DNA of 64,000 bases from Felis catus (lineage: Eukaryota), in contig NC_058368.1 in assembly GCF_018350175.1 (NCBI RefSeq), forward strand, positions 208,880,001 to 208,944,000, read 5' to 3'. Below, piece by piece: positions 51,750 to 64,000 of the stretch. Numbering within the stretch: the stretch's first letter is position 1; every line of letters begins with the position of its first letter. The translations under genes and the position numbers were made by a program. Under the pieces are notes generated by a model. The model had not been told where the DNA came from. It saw only the letters and a program-made list of their open reading frames with translations, and did no database searches.

Positions 51750-53937
51750 CTCTGGCTATTCGGGGTCTTTGTGGTTCCATACAAATTTTAGGATTGCTTG
51801 TTCTAGCTTCGAGAAGAATGCTGGTGCAATTTTGACTGGGATTGCACTGAATGTGTACAGTGCTTTGGGTAGTATTGACATTTTAACAGTATTTATTCTT
51901 CCAATCCATAAGCATGGAATGCTTTTCCATTTCTTTGTATCTTCTTCAATTTCCTTCATAAGCTTTCTATAGCTTTCAGCATACGGATCTTTTACATCTT
52001 TGGTTAGGTTTATTCCTAAGTATTTTATGATTCTTGGTGCAAGTGTGAATGGGATCAGTTTCTTTATTTCTCTTTCTGTCGCTTCATTATTGGTGTATAA
52101 AAATGCAACCGATTTCTGTACATTAATTTTGTATCCTGCGACTTTGCTGAATTCATGTATCAGTTCTAGCAGACTTTTGGTGGAGTCTGTCGGGTTTTCC
52201 ATGTAGAGTATCACATCATTTGCAAAAAGTAATATTGAAGAAAACCAAAGTGGGAGGCATCACAATCCCAGACTTTAGCCTCTACTACAAAGCTGTCATC
52301 ATCAAGACAGCATGGTATTGGCACAAAAACAGACACATAGACCATTGGAATAGAATAGAGACTCCAGAATTGGACCGACAAATGTATGGCCAACTAATCT
52401 TTGGCAAAGCAGGAAAGAATATCCAATGGAAAAAAGACACTCTCTTTAACAAATGGTGCTGGGAGAACTGGACAGCAATATGCAGAAGGTTGAAACTAGA
52501 CCACTTTCTTACACCATTCATAAAAATAAACTTAAAATGGATGAAAGAACTGAATGTGAGACAGGAAACCATCAAAACCCCAGAGAAGAAAGCAGGAAAA
52601 AACCTCTCTGACCTCAGCCGTAGCAATCTCTTACTTGACACATCTCCAAAGGCAAGAGAATTAAAAGCAAAAATGAACTATTGGGACCTCATGAAGACAA
52701 AAAGCTTCTGCACTGCAAAGGAAACAATCAACAAAACTAAAAGACAACCAACGGAATGGGAAAAGATATTTGCAAATGACATATCGGACAAAGGAATAGT
52801 ATCCAAAATCTGTAAAGAACTCACCAAACTCCACACCCGAAAAACAAATAATCCAGTGAAGAAATGGGCAGAAGACATGAATAGACACTTTTCTAAAGAA
52901 GACATCCAGATGGCCAACAGGCACATGAAAAGATGCTCAATGTCACTCCTCATCAGGGAAATACAAATCCAAACCACAATGAGATACCACCTCATGCCGG
53001 TTAGAGTGGCTAAAATGAACAAATCAGGAGACTATAGATGCTGGAGAGGATGCGGAGAAACGGGAACCCTCTTGCACTGTTGGTGGGAATGCAAATTGGT
53101 GCAGCCGCTCTGGAAAACAGTGTGGAGGTTCCTCAAAAAATTAAAAATAGGGGGCGCCTGGGTGGCGCAGTCAGTTAAGCGTCCGACTTCAGCCAGGTCA
53201 TGATCTCGCGGTCCGTGAGTTCGAGCCCCGCGTCAGGCTCTGGGCTGATGGCTCGGAGTCTGGAGCCTGTTTCCGATTCTGCATCTCCCTCTCTCTCTGC
53301 CCCTCCCCCGTTCATGCTGTCTCTCTCTGTCCCAAAAATAAATAAAAACGTTGAAAAAAAAAATTAAAAAAAAAAAATAGATCTACCCTATGACCCAGCA
53401 ATTGCACTGCTAGGAATTTACCCAAGGGATACAGGAGTGCTGATGCATGGGGGCACTTGTACCCCAATGTTTACAGCAGCACTTTCAACAATAGCCAAAT
53501 TATGGAAAGAGCCTAAATGTCCATCAACTGATGAATGGATAAAGAAATTGTGGTTTATATACACAATGGAATACTACGTGGCAATGACAAAGAATGAAAT
53601 ATGGCCTTTTGTAGCAACGTGGATGGAACTGGAGAGTGTTTGCTAAGTGAAATAAGTCATACAGAGAAAGACAGATACCATATGTTTTCACTCTTATGTG
53701 GATCCTGAGAAACTTAACAGAAGACCAGGGGGGAGGGGAAGGGGGAAAACAAAAAGTTATAGGGAAGGAAGGAGGCAAACCATGAGAGACTCTTAAATAC
53801 TGAGAACAAACGGAGGGTTGATGGGGGGGTGGGAGAGAGGGGAAAGTGGGTGATGGGCATTGAGGAGGGCACCTGTTGGGATGAGCACTGGGTGTTGTAT
53901 GGAAAACAATTTGACAATAAATTATATTTAATGTAAA
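51750..53937 (+). mobile_element. Young felid LINE-1, 5'-truncated with a 5' inversion (inverted segment about 51753-52224 on the - strand)
   Basis: ORF2 peptides on - (51756..52214, [18 protein letters not shown]...) and + (52220..53203, ...[16 protein letters not shown]...[14 protein letters not shown]), then the L1 3' UTR. TSD aaaatcaagtt at 51739-51749 and 53938-53948. Confidence 0.93.
53151..53372 (+). mobile_element. Young SINEC_Fc inserted in the inverted L1
   Basis: CpG-intact ggggcgcctgggtggcgcagtc...gatctcgcggtccgtgagttcgagccccgcg. TSD aaaaatag. Confidence 0.95.
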
Positions 53938-54579
53938 AAAATCAAGTTTTTCTTTTCTGATATTTTGTAAAGGAGTCAAGTATTTTTCTCCTTCAGGGTT
54001 GTACTATCAAGTGGCTAATTCTTCACTCAGTTTTGTCGTTCATGGTAATCGTATCTATACAAGGAAATATAAATAAGTTTAAATACCAATTAAATAAAAT
54101 CCCAAACTCTCATGTAGAGAAGGGAAAAAAAATGTTTCTATTTAATCAAAAGGGTAATACTGACTTTTGCTACTGTTTTTACTTGTCCAGAAATGGAAGC
54201 AAAACAGTAAACAGAAAACATTTCTTTGAAACTGCTGACACCAATAAGTAGCAGATGCCTTTTAATATAGCATGTTACAGGGTTAAATGCCACTAGAAAA
54301 TGAGTAAACTATTAAACTGAACAAGCCCTCCTTTTGGTCCTCATTCTTTCGCTTTCCATGATTTATGAAGTCTAAAGTAGCATGTGATTGCCACTTCAAC
54401 TCAATATAACTCTAAAAATGAGATCATTTCACACAGATTCTCAAATAGATAATTACAGGAAAGGCATCTCACTATAGACTTTGAATGTGAATTCCTATAG
54501 CAACCATTATTTCAAAGAAGAGCATGGCTGAAAAGAGAGTATCAGAGATAAGAGAAATGTTGAGAAAATATGAGCCACA

Positions 54580-54900
54580 AGGAAATGTTTAAAAAAAAAA
54601 AAAACCAACTAAGTTTGGTTCCCTTAGACAAGACTGAACAGAAACTTTATAAGAGGAAACAGAGGATGTTGGCCAGCTGTTCTCCAACTCCATGAGGACT
54701 GGAGTAAAGGATGTGGGCTCTAAGCATACGAATGTGAGGCTAAAGTACAGAGGAAAAAGAAAAAGATCTGATGGTAAGAGATTTCAACAGGAATGAACTC
54801 TTTGGGAGGGCTGCAAAATCTTCTCTTAAGAGTAAGTCTAAATTTCATATAAAAGAGGTAAGCTGTGGTTTGCAGAACAGGAGACAGATTCTGGAAGATC
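54580..54900 (+). mobile_element. Ancient L3/CR1 LINE 3' fragment
   Basis: ggccagctgttctccaactccatgaggactgg...atgtgggctctaagc resembles the recalled L3 consensus. Confidence 0.55.
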
Positions 54901-55615
54901 ATATTGAGAAACTGAACAAAGTATGCTTGATGCCAGATGGCAGCTAATTAAGCAAAAGCCAGGAGCTTTGCCTGTGGCGCAGTTATGTCAAGGGAACATG
55001 CCACCAGAATAGGAGAAGGGACCTACACCAAGATCAATGACAGTATTTTACTTCCTACAATATGAATGTCCTCACAAACGTGCAGGAATCTTAGAAGCTT
55101 CCTCCTAGTCACATCTACTGCGATCTGTACTATTTCATTATGCATTTTCCATTACCATTGTCATTTTTTTAATGAAAAAAAAAAAGAAAAAAGAGAAGAA
55201 CTGGTTTGGGTGAGACAAAGGAAACATTCCACTCAGTCCTCCCTCCGAACACAGTTATATAAGACAGAAGGCATGGAACACCTACTCGAGGACTCTGAAA
55301 AGTAAATAGTATAGGTGGATTGGGGAATTAGTCCCAAATTCAAAGCATCACTGAAGCAGAAGTGAGTTTACCATTTCCCTCATTCTAGTACTTCCTCTAT
55401 CCCCCACCCCAAATCTGTGATGCACAGAAATATCAAAATTTGAAAAAGACAGGTGAGTCCAACTCAGTTTTCCTTTTGCCTTAAGCTTTAATACAGCTTG
55501 GCACAGCACTGTTATTCATCCCACTTTTGTTTAAAACACTGGTATATTATTCATCCTGGATTTTTTGCATTAATTTTCATTTTTTATAATGTTGCATTAA
55601 AATGTCATTTATCTT

Positions 55616-55839
55616 GGGGTGCCTGCGTGGCTCAGTCAGCTAAGCGACTGACTTCGGCTCAGGTCATGATCTCATGGTTCATGGGTTCGAGCCCTGCGTC
55701 GGGCTCTGTGCTGACGGCTCAGAGCTTAGAGCCTTGCTTCACATTCTGTGTCTCCCTCTCTCTCTGTTCCTCCCCTGCTTGTTCTCTGTTTCTCTCTGTC
55801 TCTCAAAAATAAATAAACATTAAAAGAAAAAAAAAATTT
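55616..55839 (+). mobile_element. CAN-SINE
   Basis: 16-bp TSD aaatgtcatttatctt at 55600-55615 and 55840-55855. Confidence 0.95.
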
Positions 55840-55964
55840 AAATGTCATTTATCTTGATTACTGAGTTATTTGGCACCTCCTTAAATTTTGTGCTTGAGCC
55901 TGGCCCTAGTCCAGGCCCTGCCTCAACTTAATGCCTCCCCCCATTTCATCAAACATTTAGCCCA

Positions 55965-56990
55965 AACTGGACCAGCAGACCTAAATATAAGGCATAAAAT
56001 GTTTAGAAGAAAATCTGGGTGATCTGGGGTCAGTCAAGGAGCTCTTAGACATGACACCAAAAGTACACTCTATAAAGAAAAAACTGATAAGTTAGGTTTT
56101 ATCAACATTAAAATCTTTTGCTTTGTAAAATACACAACTAAGAAAAAGAAAAAAATAAGCAACAGACTAGGAGGAAATATTTGCAAATATCCTAAAAAGA
56201 ACTTAACCTAAAAAGAACTTGGTGTCTAGAATAGATAAAGGACTCTGAAAACTTAACAAGAAGAACACAAACAACCTTGGTTTAAACCTGATTTAAAGAA
56301 TTTCAAAAAAATTTGAAAAACTGGTGCTTCAACAACACAGAGTTTTGGTGGGGATATTGAGCAAGTGGAAAACAAATACACCGATGGTAAAAATGCAACA
56401 CGGTGCTGTTAATCGGAAGAACAGCTTGGCATTTTCTTTTAAAAATAATCACATACTCACTGTATGACCTAGGAAGCCTACTCTTAGGTTTTTACTCTAG
56501 AGAAATGAATGAACTGAGATATGAATGCTTATGGCAGCTCTATACATAATCTCTAAAAACTGGAAACAATCACATGTCCTGCAGTAAACTGTGCTATCCC
56601 CACACAGTGGAATACTACTTGGCAATAAAATGTAACAACCAAATCAATACACACCATGACCTGGATGAATCTCAAAAGCATTCTGCCAAAAGATGTTGGT
56701 CTAAGAAGGTTATACGATATGAATCCATATAGAAGACAAGTTCTTGAAAAGGTAGTACTACAGTGGAGCACAGATCAGTGAACGCTAGGGGTTAGGAGAG
56801 GGGGGCAGGGGAGGCAGCGAGTCAGTGACCCCAGAGGCAGAGCACAAAGAAGTGTTTTGGGGGTGATGGAGCTGTTCTGTACCCTGACTGTGTTGATGGT
56901 GGCTACATAAATCCATACATGTGTTAAAAATCACAGAACTGAACATTTTTTAAAAGGATAGATTTTATTGTATAATTTTCAAAAATAATA
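55965..56990 (+). mobile_element. Old L1M 3' fragment
   Basis: gacctaaatataagg...acagactaggaggaaatatttgcaaa...atgacctggatgaatctcaaaagcatt..., followed by 3' UTR. Confidence 0.8.
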
Positions 56991-57287
56991 ACAATGAGTC
57001 AGCACTAAATTAGTTCTTATCATTTTCCTTACTTAAAAACAGTGAACGACTTGATAAGGCAAATATTACCAAAACATCAGGGATTTCTTTACTATTTGCA
57101 TGTGCCTACAGATGAGTACTCAACTGTATTCTTCAAGTCCTGAGACCTACTGTCCTGGAACATCCACAACATGATAGTTTTATCCGCAACGAGAAGTAAT
57201 TTCATCAAGTCTTACTGATACCAGCACCCCCTTGGACACTGTGAAGCTAACAGCTAACTTAGCAGGGGACTCCAGCTGAGGTCCAAG

Positions 57288-57401
57288 TTTACGTATGTAT
57301 GTATGTGTGTATGTATGTATGTGTGTGCATGTGTGTATATGTATGTAGGTATTTGCAGAAAGAGTGGGGGAGAGGCAGAAGGACAGAGAGAGTGAGAGAG
57401 T

Positions 57402-57447
<46 letters not shown>

Positions 57448-57567
57448 TCACAGGCTCCATGCTCAGCAAGGAGCCCAATGTGGGGCTCAAGCCCACAAAC
57501 TGTAAGATCATAAACTGAGCCAGATCAAGAGTTGGACGCTCAACCAACTGAGCCACCCAGGCACCCC
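57288..57567 (-). mobile_element. CAN-SINE with expanded (GA)n and (TA/TG)n microsatellite tail
   Basis: SINE head on - at 57567. Tail has degenerated into compound microsatellites. Confidence 0.9.
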
Positions 57568-59173
57568 GGTCCAGTACTGTTTAAATTGAACTCTCATAAG
57601 TATGCTGCTTGCCTCAAGAAATAATTTAGTAATCCAAACCACAGAAGCAGCCAAAATGCAATATTGTTTTTCATCATAGCCCAATGGCATACCTTTTCTT
57701 CAGTGATTAAAGAAAATACTCCTACAGAAAGTAGCAGGCGCTGATCATTGTGCATCCTGACAATAAGACACTGTCCTAATGACCATGTTGGAAATTAGCT
57801 CTTGACCCTAAAAAAGGTAGTGCTAGAGAAAGAACCATGTAACTGTTGTACTGGCAGATTTACATTAAAACTGCATCATTTTCTACTTACTCCCAAGTTC
57901 TTCATCAAGTATTCATACATCTCGGAAGACCAGGAAACGACCAGTGCTCATGTACCCTGCCTTCCTGTTCCCAAAGAGCAAATGCTCCAAAGACCTATGT
58001 TGAATATACTGTCTTATCACTTGGCTGTTGGGAAATACACATATTTTATTAAGTACAAATATGTTAATCAGTATCCATAGAGAATCTGCATTGTTTAATC
58101 CTCCCAAGAAAGTGAATTACAGCAAAATTTCATTAAGCTGATGCTGCTTTATTCAAAATAATACATAATTCAAAGCAACTGCTATTCCCTAGTCAACCAG
58201 CTGCCTGATTACTCTTTAATAAAAATCAGATAATAGAAAGCTAGTTAAACTCAAAGCCCATTTTTTCCATCCCCTGAGCTTCACATTAGGAAGGTTTCAC
58301 TGTATTTTAGAAGGCAGATAAATGCCAAATATAATTTTTCTTTTGAGTTTATTTTCAGTTGGCATTCACACTGGCAATAGCTCCAGTTTCCTCTGTGTAC
58401 TATTACCTGTATGATCCTGGCTGGGCAAAGACATTGCTTGACTCCTTTATTTCTAGAAAACACTTAAAGAGGTGCAATTCTGCCTGAGCTGGAATCTTCT
58501 ATCAGTGAGACAGATCATTAGTCTACTCCCAGTATGAAATGAAAGAAGAGAGGAGTTGTTCAATTCTCCAGAGACCAGCTATCACAAGCCTAGCTTCATT
58601 AATTTGTTTGAAGTGAATTTCCAGAGTGGTTATATCCATACTCAAATGTAAGAACAAAGATACTTTCCAAAGCCATTTCTGAGGACTTCTGGAATAGCCA
58701 TTAATTTGAATGACCTTTCTGCTCTCTTACATATGTACAAATAATGGAGGATGACTGTAGTCGGAATGGTCAGCATGTTCCTTACACTTATAAATTAAGA
58801 TAAATAGCTAGCTAGCTTTGTGATGGGTCCATTATTTTATGGCTTTGTTATAACCATTTATTCTTTCCCTTAAATCTCTTTGGATTTAAAATATCAATAC
58901 ACTTTGCTAATAAAAACACAAAAATTTTTTATGTGAAATGAAAGCAGTAATACTTTCATTCTATGTTATAGGTCATTCTTTAGGTTAACAAATACAGCAA
59001 TTTTCTTGGACATCAAAATTTATTAATTTAAATGTCATATGGGGAATAATCTATGTGTGACATGATTAGATATGCTATTTACTTTCTTAGTGATCTTTTC
59101 TACATTGTCAGATTTTTAGATTCAATATGTACTACATTTATAGCCAGAAAATACATTAAAATACCAAAAAGTT

Positions 59174-59381
59174 GGGGTGCCTGGGTGGCTTAGTTGATTG
59201 AGTGCCCAAGTCTTGATTTCAGGTCAGATCATGATCCCAGGGTTGTAGGATTGAGCCCCACATCAAGCCCATTAGACTCTTAATCTTAAGCATGGAGCCT
59301 GCTTAAGATTCTCTCTCTTCCTCCCTCTGCCCTTCTCTCCCTGCGCTCGCACTCTCTCTAAGAAACAAAGAAATAAAAAAA
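59174..59381 (+). mobile_element. Older CAN-SINE
   Basis: Head, (CT)-rich body and A-rich tail. Confidence 0.9.
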
Positions 59382-59574
59382 CCCAAGAGCTGATAGGATA
59401 TAGTCCTCACTGATATATATGAAGAATCAGAGCTTGCAAGTTAAGGAAAAATAATGTAAATTCAAGTTCCCATCAGAACTTCACCTAATTAAATAAAGAA
59501 GGAAACATGGCTGATATGTTTATAGAAGTGTTTTTTTTTTTTTTTTTTTCAAAAGAAATCATTTTTTTTTTTTA

Positions 59575-59798
59575 GGGGCTCCTGGGTGGCTCAGTCGGTT
59601 AAACATCCAACTTTGGTTCAGGTCATGATTTTGTGGTCTGTGAGTTCAAGCCCCACATCAGGCTCTGTGCTGACAGCTCGGAGCCTGGAGCCTGCTTCCC
59701 ATTCTGTGTCTCCCTCCCTCTCTCTACCCCTGCCCCGCTCACACTTGCTCTCTTTCTCTCCTTCTCTCTCGCAAAAATAAATAAATATTAAAAGAAAA
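59575..59798 (+). mobile_element. CAN-SINE
   Basis: TSD aaaagaaa(t/c)catttttttt. Confidence 0.93.
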
Positions 59799-60834
59799 AA
59801 GAAACCATTTTTTTTAACACAATATGGACCTCACTTTCTCCTTAGTGTATCTAATAGACTATCTCCATAATAAGATAAATAGGTCTTAAATAAAATATTT
59901 CTCCTTCCTTTGGTACATATATATGCTATAATTTAATTAATATAATTTTGACAATAATTATGTATTTTTCAATCAACACCCATGATAATAAGGGGCAGAA
60001 ATACAGCCTGTAGTAAGTAAGTAAATAAATAAATATGGCAGAAAAACTTCAAGTTCTCCCTATCTTTTAGGGGAAGGCCAGAGTTAATAATAAACAGAAA
60101 AGTCATTGTTTTTATTTCACTTTCCTCCATTTGATGAAGATGCAAATAATTGATAAAGTCCCAGGAAGACAGATCCAGAATATACACTTTCTCTAACTGC
60201 AGAGTTGGCTCCATGAAAAAAATTAATAATAAGAACTCAAACTGATTATACCAATTACTTGACATTCTGAGTTTCTTTCTTAAATAACATAAATGAGATA
60301 TGCATAATCTAGATTTCATTTCTCACAGGAAGGGGATATTCTGGAGAACAAGTAATGGTAGAAAAGAAGCAAAAACCTTGGATAATCCTTGCTCTATACG
60401 TTCTCTTTGGTGGTTAAATAATGTTCCTAAAGATAATCAGATATGCTTTAGTCACAAATGAATCTTTTTTCTTCCTTAAAATGCTATTGTATTTCTTCTG
60501 TTGGTACTCGTATTCTCAATCAACTTTGAAATATCTAAAGCAGTTTAGTTGAAAATGAATGAACGAATGAATGAATGAATGAATGAAATAAAGCAGTCTA
60601 GTTGAAAATACCAAAGCAAATTTCCCTTCCTTTTCCTTAAGTGGCCATATACCAGATCAGTTTGCTAGATGCTACAGCCAAGTTTTGTAAATAAAAGTTT
60701 GATTTTTTTTCCTTCTATTCCTCACTTTGTTCACTCAATGTTCACAGAAACAGAGTTCCCTCACCAAAGCACATAAGCTAACAAATCAGAAGAATAGTCA
60801 GGATCAAGTGTGAAATTTCTGGCTTTTTGCCTTT

Positions 60835-61072
60835 CTACTTTTTTTCCTTAAACATTTTTTTTAGTGTTTATTTATTTATTTCTGAGAGAGAGAGAGACAG
60901 GAGAGAGAGTGCAGGGGAGGGGCAGAGAGAAAGGGAGAGATGGAATCCCAAGCAGGCTCCACACTGTCAGTGCAGAGCCTGATGCGGGGCTTGCACACAC
61001 GAACCATGAGATCAGGACCTGAGCCAAAACCAAGAGTCGGATGCTTAACCAAATGAGCCACCCAGGCGCTCC
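60835..61072 (-). mobile_element. CAN-SINE
   Basis: SINE head on -, (GA)n and T-rich tail on +. Confidence 0.93.
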
Positions 61073-61423
61073 TTCTTTTTCACTCTTTTCCTCTTTACCC
61101 AATTTCTTTTGGGTAAATTATTTCTGAAAGCAACTGAGGTGAGGAGGCTGCCATCTTAAATAATACCAGGTCAAAAAACTTTATTCCATCATGCTTGGGT
61201 TAAAGAGTATAAATGGTAATGTTAGAATAATTGTATAAATCATGTCCTTTGATTTATATTAGTTAAAAAGAGGGAAATTCTGTTAGTCATTTTATAACAA
61301 ATTATAGTTTGATGAAAAATCACTAAGTTAATAATAGACCATAACGTTATTTCAGGGCATCTCCTGAAATAACTAGAACTTTGAAAAGGTTTGAAACTGC
61401 CTATGTTTCTTCCAAACATAATT

Positions 61424-61645
61424 TTTTTTTTAATTTTTTTTTCATCGTTTATTTATTTTTGGGACAGAGAGAGACAGAGCATGAATGGGGGAGGGGCAGA
61501 GAGAGAGGGAGACACAGAATCGGAAACAGGCTCCAGGCTCTGAGCCATCAGCCCAGAGCCCGACGCGGGGCTCGAACCCACGGACCGCGAGATCGTGACC
61601 TGGCTGAAGTCGGACGCTCAACCGACTGCGCCACCCAGGCGCCCC
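61424..61645 (-). mobile_element. Young SINEC_Fc
   Basis: CpG-rich, near-consensus copy. Perfect TSD ccaaacataatt at 61412-61423 and 61646-61657. Confidence 0.96.
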
Positions 61646-62777
61646 CCAAACATAATTATTAAAAAAAAAATGATACATCATCTCCAAATTATATTTTGTT
61701 CATTCTTTCTCTCCTATACTTTGATCACATAAAATAGAGTAATGGTAGCCTTTTACACAATATATAAAAGCTTAGAACCCCATCTTACACAAAAACTAAA
61801 GTGAGCTTGTAAAACTCAAGATTCAAGTTATATTCTGGAATTTATCTTAGAAAGGAGGCTAAGCACACTACCCGAATCATAAAAAATTAGATGATAAATG
61901 AGAAATATGCACGTTTTTTAAGTTGAGTAAACACAATTGAACTACAGAGAAACATCTAAAAATAATTTTGGAATTGTAAAATGTGTATGAACATCATACA
62001 ATAAAAATAGTAAATGTTAAAGAAACGTTTGTCATTTCCTAGTGAAGAGTATCTCTACGTTGAATAGAGAAAAAAAAATTTCAGAGCATGTGACAATGCA
62101 GAGACTGGAATTAAAACTAGTTTTTCCTTTAAGTTTGTTTCAAAAATAAATGAGGAAAATGCAATTATTATGTTTTTAAAAGCTATTTATTGTGAAAGTT
62201 ATAGTATAGTTTTTAGTTATTAGGAAACTATATAGCTGTTAACATCCCTGACTGAAGACAGTATTTGGTTCCATATACGTGCCGAGCTTGGCATTCTAAA
62301 ATATAATGATGTAGGGGTGTATTTTTTTATTTTAGAAGAGGATGTGAGAATACAATCACTAGTATTTTATTCAAGTAAATGGATTCATGTAGGATAGACC
62401 TGAAGCCACCGTTGTCTGTGCCTAGCCGAGCAAGCACACCACTAACTGCTGATAGGAAGGATGAGATGTTGTCTTTTATGTAAATTAAAACTCAACATAG
62501 TAAGTACCTTACCACAGCAGAGTGCGGTATTTCCAAAAGAAATGACTATTCTGGTTTTTAATGACAAGAACACAATAAAAGAAGAGACATTTTTGGTCCT
62601 TCTAGCAAAATGCCCACCCTCTTTATCCATTCCAAAGAATACACTTATTTTCTTACATTCCAAGAAGACTTAAAACTTCAGAAAATAAATCAAAGAGACA
62701 TTTTAAAGTTCCTTTAACATAACATTCTACTTACTATGTAAACAAACACAGTGCTGTCTAGGACAGGGGGTGGGGAT

Positions 62778-63000
62778 GGGGCGGCCTGGGCAGCTCAGTC
62801 ACGGTTAAGCGTCCAACTCTTGATTTCGGCTCAGGTCATGGTCTCAGGGTTCAGTTTGTGAGATGGAGCCGGGGTCGGGCTCTGTGCTGATAGCACACAG
62901 AGTCTGCTTGGGATTCTCTCTCTCTCCCTCTCTTTCTCTGCCCCTCCCCTGTTTGTGTGCTCTCTCTCTCAAAAACAAATAAACTTCAAAAGAACAAAAC
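62778..63000 (+). mobile_element. CAN-SINE
   Basis: TSD aca(g/a)tgctgtcta at 62748-62760 and 63003-63015. Confidence 0.92.
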
Positions 63001-63189
63001 AAACAATGCTGTCTAATATTAAGAACAAAAATGCAAACAAATCTTAAATCAATTATGTAAAAGACCACTTTAAAGTGCCATGGCTTTGTCCCTATTTGAA
63101 GTTTTCTCTTCACCCATCTATTAATATGGATCTCAAAATCTGTTTTCTGACTTTTCTAACATAATTCAATATAAGGTACAGTCCATTTA

Positions 63190-63995
63190 CTTAATGACCA
63201 TTCTCTTTTGTTTGCTTCTCTTCATTTGCTCATCCCTTAAAATTCAGGTTTCCTAGGGCTCATATTCTCCATCCTTTGTGCCTTAAACTAATCAGCAGCC
63301 ACTATTTCAACTACAAAACTGCAAATATTTCTCCCAAAACTGTGTCTTCTCTTAGGCACCAAACCCATGTACCCATCTGCCTACTATCTCCACCCAGACA
63401 TCCTGCTGGCATTTCAAGCTCAACATATCAACAATGCACTATATTTCTTCCAAATTCTGCTTTCTTTTCTTTTTCTTTCTTTTTTAATCTCAGAGAATAC
63501 TGGCCCAGTTTCCCAAGTAATAAACCTCAGCCTTCATACACAAATGAAATCTTATAAATCTAACCTTCACACTTCAGTAAAAATTAACTGTTCTAAAGCC
63601 TAAATCTGATTGTGTCATTCCGATGTTTTAAACAAACAAACAAACAAACAAACAAACAAACAAAGACAAAGTCACCTTCTTATTATGGCATACAAGATCA
63701 GGTTACTTTTCCATCTCTCCTGCCTCACTCTTTAAGACACACTTGCGCTCTCCAGTATGCATTACACGTACTTCTCCAGGATACCATTCACTTATTCAAT
63801 AACTATTGATTAAATACGACCTGTATGTCTGTCAGTTCTAAGCACTGAGGACATCACAGCAAACACAACAACGTTTCTGCTCTAGTGGGCTTACATCCTG
63901 GTGGAAGAACACAGATAAAACAAATAAACATACAATAGATGCAATGGCCGTAAGGGCTATGGAGAAAAAGATCTAGCTAGAAAAGCAACTCAGAG
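63190..63995. mobile_element. L2 remnants in both orientations, with an (AAAC)n tract at about 63629-63663
   Basis: L2-like pyrimidine-rich body, then cattcacttattcaataactattgatt...ctagtgggcttacatcctggtgg. Confidence 0.55.
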
Positions 63996-64000
63996 CAACA

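Noticed and set aside
52220..53203. Longest ORF in the window (327 aa)
   Set aside because: L1 ORF2 C-terminal fragment with a non-ATG start at the inversion junction, running into a SINE; not a host gene.
10312..61687. Family of similar short ORFs (MAQSVKR...VMIS...)
   Set aside because: Translations of dispersed CAN-SINE copies, not a peptide gene family; their tRNA-like heads are not tRNA genes.
42319..64000. Searched for the next upstream WDR70 exon
   Set aside because: No WD40-like exon with splice sites was recognised; it probably lies beyond the window, though a manual scan could miss one.
1..64000. CRISPR arrays, operons or other prokaryotic-type systems
   Set aside because: Eukaryotic intronic and intergenic DNA with no regularly spaced repeat-spacer array.

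Overview
Mammalian genomic DNA, very probably from a felid, judged by about 23 carnivore tRNA-derived CAN-SINEs that include young SINEC_Fc-type copies. The only protein-coding gene I can support is the 3' end of WDR70 on the minus strand. Five GT-AG exons (42318-42218, 40569-40490, 38489-38373, 36126-35964, 17283-17196) splice in frame to the WDR70 C-terminus ending ...EPEWKKRKI*, with AATAAA at 17129-17124. The next upstream exon was not found and probably lies beyond 64000. Positions 1 to about 17100 are downstream intergenic sequence, toward GDNF if human synteny holds. The rest is intron filled with L1, L2, L3/CR1, MIR, MLT/ERVL LTR, MER5 and microsatellite repeats. The most notable details are retrotransposition events with visible target-site duplications: a 3'-truncated U2 snRNA retrocopy in an LTR end, a twin-primed (5'-inverted) L1, a SINE nested in an opposite-strand SINE, and an L1 nested in an older L1. 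I found no convincing novel biological system. Repeat family names come from recalled consensus sequences, and repeat boundaries are approximate unless a TSD is given.
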